Below, piece after piece: positions 28,001-32,000 of a stretch of DNA of 32,000 nt (the stretch's first letter is position 1; each line of letters opens with the position of its first letter). The stretch is from Candidatus Harpocratesius repetitus (GTDB taxonomy: Archaea; Asgardarchaeota; Lokiarchaeia; Sigyniarchaeales; Promethearchaeaceae). The position numbers were made by a program, and so were the translations under genes. The stretch lies in NCBI GenBank assembly GCA_021498095.1, contig JAIZWK010000001.1, positions 4,080,001 through 4,112,000 of the forward strand. The letters run 5' to 3'. Under the pieces are notes generated by a model that was not told the DNA's origin, did no database searches, and saw only the letters and a program-made list of their open reading frames with translations.

Positions 28001-28619
28001 CAAAAAAGAGGGTTTTTAAATCTAAAAAGTCTTGATCTGTAAAACCTTCTACCGCTTCTTGTAATGTATTATAACTATTACGTTTTTCACTCAATTCAAA
28101 ATATCGAGTTCCATTTTGACGAAATTGACCGTTTATATCGAAGAAATACTGGATTACCACACTTTTATTTTCGTCTGACATTGCAGATTCATCCATTCGA
28201 GCTAATTCAATTCTTCGATCAAAAGCAGTTCCATTAATATAGTCAACAAGTTGTTTTAACATTGAAGGTGTCAAGTTGATTGTAACGTTAATATCAGGAT
28301 AATCATTTAAGACATCAGCCATGTAAGGATATGAGTTGGAACCATGCATAAAAACCCATGGTTGTTCATATATTCCTGTTTCTGGGTCTTGATATGATGG
28401 TTGATGTTGATGCCAAATTATGACTAAGTTTAATACCGTATCATTCGATATACTCGTTTCATAATTTATCGAAATATCAGGCATTTTTGTTAAAGAAACA
28501 ATTGATGAATTATATTCGGATGAAAATGTTGGAAAGATTATCATGATAAGTAAACTGGCAAAAAGAATGCCTTGTGAAAATTTATTAATTTTTCTTGAAT
28601 TATATTGCAATAGATTCAC
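25038..28619 (-). CDS. apu: Secreted, C-terminally anchored GH57 amylopullulanase (Thermococcales type) with DOMON/glucodextranase-like and Ig-like C-terminal modules
   Basis: GH57 conserved regions WHQHQP (W69), TTPFYHPILPL, WPSE (E346 nucleophile position), LDGENAWE (D452 acid/base position) and AEGSDWFWW. N-terminal signal peptide; C-terminus GIAGFSILYLTISLVIGIIYLQNKK. Confidence 0.92.
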   Translation of the reverse strand: MNLLQYNSRKINKFSQGILFASLLIMIIFPTFSSEYNSSIVSLTKMPDISINYETSISNDTVLNLVIIWHQHQPSYQDPETGIYEQPWVFMHGSNSYPYMADVLNDYPDINVTINLTPSMLKQLVDYINGTAFDRRIELARMDESAMSDENKSVVIQYFFDINGQFRQNGTRYFELSEKRNSYNTLQEAVEGFTDQDFLDLKTLFFAHWINPRYTTEQPYQPPVNPFGYTLKVLTDDANGVGGYNSAMKNGVLDYAYSIVEQVISLHKQLQNEGRLEIITTPFYHPILPLLINLTNAREVNEGVADLPLPDQNTLWTEDALAQIQKGKNYTASLFGKYPVGMWPSEEAVSDEIIPLVNQSGIEWFVTDYTVLQNSLGVSQLTPEQWFQPYVVKKDGYSSVVFFRHQQLSDEIGFNYGGLDPEVAATNMLEMLKTYRDSWTDDKDPVFTVALDGENAWENYQYDLDGDGRVEYTGNLFREYMYQKLEEAQDEGWLRTITPKQYLAEHPPSTLQEIQLATGSWAGDLNTWIGEDDENEAWDRLITTRQDLIQYMTDHSLSKDDLPDAWEALYAAEGSDWFWWYGSDQDSGHDELFDWQFKTILRGVYKSINWTESEIMENYPYLYLKMLPPVSASIQGKYLPTIDGFETNSNEWTLAAHYSNANASDPTRLFKDLYLGVDEALTDLHIRLDTTDAYSLSSITGYSVGLYFSNPNAQYSTIFPRFADSSDPSEILGFEITTEIRIDLETGDVSVFEVNSSYKWDEVSPTPSISLAIDDFCEMSIPFSLLGIEKGDLLYLRVLATNESSMHNFDITPEDGPWSLNIPFGGVNMVEVFAMDDPAYDEHGIYPTNPQMHPDYDVNRTGLMDILRFRVGYIDDTVYFEFKFRELFNPWNGPGGYSHPLMQVYIDEDNVPGSGRTDCDQNGHFNISSEHAWEYMVRADGWLQYILLEDDTQVSGVSTFSDSVDKVIVFSAPASVIGLPQTDWAYTVVVGSQDFQKFREFYAQPQEWKFGGGDDSSYDPNVVDVLLPSYMNQTEILGNYDESSETYCTIPAVYLGMDNVETVEPTIEITTTNQNYTLPENINTMNISISFSVPADVSIDYFEIFINNTLASTLPANATEYILSFEEGIYNITVKVFDTNGKSASASIIITVNSLKEPEDEPKKGIAGFSILYLTISLVIGIIYLQNKKLKSG

Positions 28620-28740
28620 CTTTCTTTAAATTGAAATTACTAAATACTTATTTATTTTTTTTCACGCTGTTTGTTATAAAAAAAATATGCATTATTAGCT
28701 ATATCGAAACTTAAGTTTTGGCAATAAAAGCCACAAAGAT

Positions 28741-28784
28741 AAAAAAAAGGTTAAATGAAACACTTCTCATTCTGATGGTTTCAT
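28741..28784 (-). terminator. Possible hairpin plus oligo-U terminator or attenuator between the first and second genes of the glucan locus
   Basis: Stem ATGAAAC (28755-28761) / GTTTCAT (28778-28784); on the minus strand it is followed after 6 nt by T8 (A-run 28741-28748). Confidence 0.4.
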
Positions 28785-28812
28785 CTAACTGAGACATTTA
28801 TACAATCTGCGA

Positions 28813-31509
28813 TTATTTTCGTTTTCGGAGCAAAATTACTGCCGATCCAAATAATGCCAAAAGCATTATTCCAACACTATAACCTGGAATCTGGAAGCCT
28901 CCACCATCATCGTCTGTGGCTGTATCATCTGTGGCAGTATCATCTGTGGCAGTATCGTCGGTTGCAGCTCCTTCAACGTTGATTGTGATTTCATCATAAC
29001 CAGCATTTCCTGATTTATCTGTAGCAACAACACGAATAACATTTGCTCCAGCTGATAAGGTGAGTGTTGCAGAATTACCTTCACCAGCTTCAGGAATGTA
29101 CACACCATTCACATATACTTTCACTTCTGAAATTCCAGCAAAAGTACCTTGATCTGGATCTTCAACTGTCCATGTGATTTCTTGTTCAATTGTAGTTCCT
29201 GAACTTATGGTAAGATTAGTTCCATCTGCAGGAGAAGTAATATTCACTACAGGATCAGTTGTATCCACTTCAAAAGATAAACCTTCTCCTACTGCTAACA
29301 ATGTAGCATATTGTTGAGCACCTACATCATAGCTGGTTGAAATGGTTTCTTGTAAAGCAGCGGGATCATCTGCAGTAGGAACCAGAATATCACAGTAGTT
29401 TGGATCATAAGCGCTATCATCCCCACCTCCAAAGTCCCATTCACCATTTTCAGCCAGATGATTTCGGAAATCGTTAAAGTTTGCTGAAGCAACCATTACA
29501 TAATATTTCCATGTACTGTTAGCAACTGTATTAATTAGAGTTTCTGGAACATATAGATTAAACCAGTGTTGACCGTTGATAAATTGATAACTTGTAGTAA
29601 TACCTGTTCCTGCAGTTTGAGGTGATGCAATTGTTTCAGGAGTGAAATATCGGCTCATCCAGCCATCACCATAGAATCCAATATCCCATGGATATTCATC
29701 TTGAACTTTAATACTTGATTTTAGTACTCCTTCAGTAGTACCACCAGGTTGCATATCAATCAAAACCACAAACATTTGATGCGAGAAGTTACCTGCACCC
29801 CAACCAGGATCATAAGAATCGAGTAATCGGAAATCAAATGAAGTACCATAAGCATTAGCACTTACATTGAATTGCAATAAATCGAATAGTCCAACTCCAG
29901 GACCAAAAGCAGCATTAGTTGGATAGGTGCCCCATTCATCACCTTGAGGATCGCTCATATTGAAAATGAGAGATTTAGGAGGTTCAATACCAATATGAAC
30001 TAGGAAATTTCCAGTTTGAACAGTATTGTTATTTTCAGCAATAATATAGAATTCGACTGTCGTGCCATTTGAAAAAGGTCCTAAACTACCTTTGAAAATA
30101 GCATTATCAGATGAGGCAGAGTCATAAGCCATAGGAGATAAATTCCAAACTCCAGTATCATTAAGAGTATAGTTGATATTAACTTCTGTCATTACATCGA
30201 AGGTTACTTTATCAGTTCCATTCCATAATTGTTCAATTTGAACTTCAACTTCAAAAGCTTCATCTGGATCTTTAAATCCACCAGCAGGAGTCACTGCACC
30301 AATAAAACCTAAGTCAATTGGTGGCATTGGAGAAATACCATTCTCAAATGAATAATACTCTTCGGCAGCAGTTGCATTTACATCACCTGCATAGATAAAC
30401 CAGTAAAATTTGTCACCCACTGAATATCCATCTTCTACTAATAAGGGGATAGTGTATCGATAAATTTCATTAGCACCAGCCATATCGCCTGTCTCGTGAT
30501 GCATCATTACTTCATAGGTACTATTTGAATCTGAAGTTGAGTTATAATATGTAATATGCAAAATTGGCCATTGAGAATTATTCATAAATTCAGAATGACT
30601 ATCACTATACCACATTTCATAATAGAATTCCATGTCTAATCCTAAGGTTACATTTCCATCTTTATCGTTAACCTTTGCGCTTGTATAAGAACCATCGCCA
30701 TTTTCTCCAGACCATCCAATTGAATATGGAATTAATTGAGGATCACCATCAGCATCAGCAATTTTTACTGCTACATAGGTATGATATTCATCATTTTCAA
30801 CACCACCATATTGATTAGGAATAACATCTCCAGGATTTCCACCAATCATAGCAGCGAAGAAACGCAATTCGGCATCCGCAGGAATACCTGCAGGATAAAG
30901 AAGATCATATGGAATAAAAGCTTCAAATGTCATAGGAATACCATAACTCCAAGTTCCATCAAAAGCAGTTTCATTAACTGCAGATGTAATAAAACCTGTT
31001 GTAAGATTTGCATAATTCCCAATTTCATCTGTAAAGTTTAAAAGACTCCAAGGACTTGCCCAGTTTCCTTGATCTGATAAAAGAACCAAATTTGGCACAA
31101 ATCCATCACTTGTGAACTTTAAGGATTTTTCATATCCGTAAGTAGGAACAGTACTATAATCAGTTATTCCAGTATTTCCTGCGTCTGTATCAATAAATAC
31201 GTTAAATTGATTAGCAGGACCAGCAAGAGTAATTTTCAATCCCACAAATATTCCGGTATCGTTTAAAGCAAAATACAACCCATCAAGACCCCAATCAGCA
31301 TTCCAAGATGATTGATCAGGATCCAACCTTACTGTATAATTACCATCAGTCCAATCGCTCCCAATAACACCATCAATAATAATATTATTGTGACTGGAAG
31401 TATCTACAACTGCAGATGCACCAGCTAAAAAGGGAGAAAACGACATGGCAACTAACAGGGTCATAAGCAAAACACCAGTTGATTTTTTCGTCATGATAGT
31501 TGTCACCAT
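28813..31509 (-). CDS. Secreted surface protein with glucodextranase/DOMON-like and Ig-like modules, no recognisable catalytic domain, Loki-CTERM-like anchor
   Basis: Signal peptide; DPQGDEWGTYPTN and WDFGGGDDSAYDPN are shared with the amylopullulanase tail; Thr/Asp linker; C-terminus IPGYSVGIMLLALFGSAVILLRKRK. Start may be ATG 31494, which lies behind GGTGA. Confidence 0.8.
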   Translation of the reverse strand: MVTTIMTKKSTGVLLMTLLVAMSFSPFLAGASAVVDTSSHNNIIIDGVIGSDWTDGNYTVRLDPDQSSWNADWGLDGLYFALNDTGIFVGLKITLAGPANQFNVFIDTDAGNTGITDYSTVPTYGYEKSLKFTSDGFVPNLVLLSDQGNWASPWSLLNFTDEIGNYANLTTGFITSAVNETAFDGTWSYGIPMTFEAFIPYDLLYPAGIPADAELRFFAAMIGGNPGDVIPNQYGGVENDEYHTYVAVKIADADGDPQLIPYSIGWSGENGDGSYTSAKVNDKDGNVTLGLDMEFYYEMWYSDSHSEFMNNSQWPILHITYYNSTSDSNSTYEVMMHHETGDMAGANEIYRYTIPLLVEDGYSVGDKFYWFIYAGDVNATAAEEYYSFENGISPMPPIDLGFIGAVTPAGGFKDPDEAFEVEVQIEQLWNGTDKVTFDVMTEVNINYTLNDTGVWNLSPMAYDSASSDNAIFKGSLGPFSNGTTVEFYIIAENNNTVQTGNFLVHIGIEPPKSLIFNMSDPQGDEWGTYPTNAAFGPGVGLFDLLQFNVSANAYGTSFDFRLLDSYDPGWGAGNFSHQMFVVLIDMQPGGTTEGVLKSSIKVQDEYPWDIGFYGDGWMSRYFTPETIASPQTAGTGITTSYQFINGQHWFNLYVPETLINTVANSTWKYYVMVASANFNDFRNHLAENGEWDFGGGDDSAYDPNYCDILVPTADDPAALQETISTSYDVGAQQYATLLAVGEGLSFEVDTTDPVVNITSPADGTNLTISSGTTIEQEITWTVEDPDQGTFAGISEVKVYVNGVYIPEAGEGNSATLTLSAGANVIRVVATDKSGNAGYDEITINVEGAATDDTATDDTATDDTATDDDGGGFQIPGYSVGIMLLALFGSAVILLRKRK
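28909..28968 (-). repeat. Four tandem 15-bp units encoding (A/T)ATDD linker repeats
   Basis: ATCGTCTGTGGCTGT, ATCATCTGTGGCAGT twice, and ATCGTCGGTTGCAGC on +; translates as AATDD-TATDD-TATDD-TATDD just before the anchor. Confidence 0.9.
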
Positions 31510-31529
31510 TGATTTACATTATTTTTCAA

Positions 31530-31560
31530 TTCTATTGATAGAAATAGAAAAAGGTATAAA
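31530..31560 (-). promoter_or_regulatory. Candidate promoter of the glucan locus: TATA-like TTTATA (31560-31555) with palindrome TTCTAT-TG-ATAGAA (31530-31543) just downstream
   Basis: About 46-51 nt upstream of ATG 31509, at the edge of a 490-bp ORF-free stretch. AT-rich context makes a chance match plausible. Confidence 0.3.
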
Positions 31561-32000
31561 TCTGGTTAAAAAAAAAATTGACATTTATTATTAATATGAA
31601 ATCCTATTTAAAGATCCCACAAAAATGGGAAAAGTCCAAGCTAGGAAATGCTTATAAAAAATGCGTAAAAATCGCTTGTGTAATTGTTTCGCAGAGGACA
31701 TTGAGCTTATAAAAAATCATAGATCTACAAATTCTGCGGATTTTTATTCGATTGAAGTTTCTAAATAGACGATCTTCAAAAGAAAATAAATAAAATTTTA
31801 TCGGCTTTTGAGTGCCTAAGAAAATATAATGTTAAACATTAAAATAGATTTTGGTTTCAAGATTTTTATTTTAATACAATTTTTTGTTTAACATTCAACT
31901 TGATTAAATATCAGTTTATCAAAATTATGAAGCGAATTAATAAAAAAGTGAAAAAAATGAGATTTAAAGCATTTTTTGTGTTAAACAGAATTTAAATTGA

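Noticed and set aside
3106-30000. Short antisense or alternate-frame ORFs in the track (3106-3291, 8771-8956, 10187-10375, 10676-10858, 12425-12616, 13567-13779, 15158-15529, 17323-17586, 18439-18777, 21179-21376, 24408-24608, 24428-24643, 25472-25720, 27807-28019, 28866-29108)
   Set aside because: All lie wholly or almost wholly within longer motif-bearing genes, have no recognisable motifs and look like codon-bias shadows.
30736-31041. 101-aa plus-strand ORF
   Set aside because: Antisense to the 898-aa surface protein; no motif or RBS.

Overview
AT-rich archaeal DNA, inferred to be from an Asgard archaeon of the Lokiarchaeia type. The inference rests on IPGY/IPSY/ISFG + TM + basic C-terminal anchors of the Loki-CTERM kind, a longin-like C-terminal domain at the left edge, an SAPNY-type PPP phosphatase and GGAGGT/GGTGA ribosome-binding sites. 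No rRNA, tRNA or CRISPR array was seen. The window has three blocks. (1) 1-7178: mixed small genes, including a PPP phosphatase, an IS4-like element with 24-bp imperfect TIRs, a perfect 9-bp TSD and a twice-frameshifted transposase, a membrane acyltransferase-like gene and a GT4 glycosyltransferase. (2) 7432-17025 (+): a 1717-aa Fe-S PD-(D/E)XK nuclease fused to an Upf1/Dna2-type SF1 helicase, directly followed by mre11 and rad50, with no herA/nurA in the window. (3) 17202-31509 (-): a seven-gene alpha-glucan harvesting locus encoding an apparently non-catalytic amylopullulanase-like surface protein, a GH57 amylopullulanase, two solute-binding proteins, MalF- and MalG-like permeases with extra TM helices, and a MalK-like ATPase with an ~85-aa insert containing a predicted TM hairpin. 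The two strongest leads are the nuclease-helicase/Mre11/Rad50 module and the membrane-expanded ABC importer. All domain calls come from motif reading only; no database searches were run.
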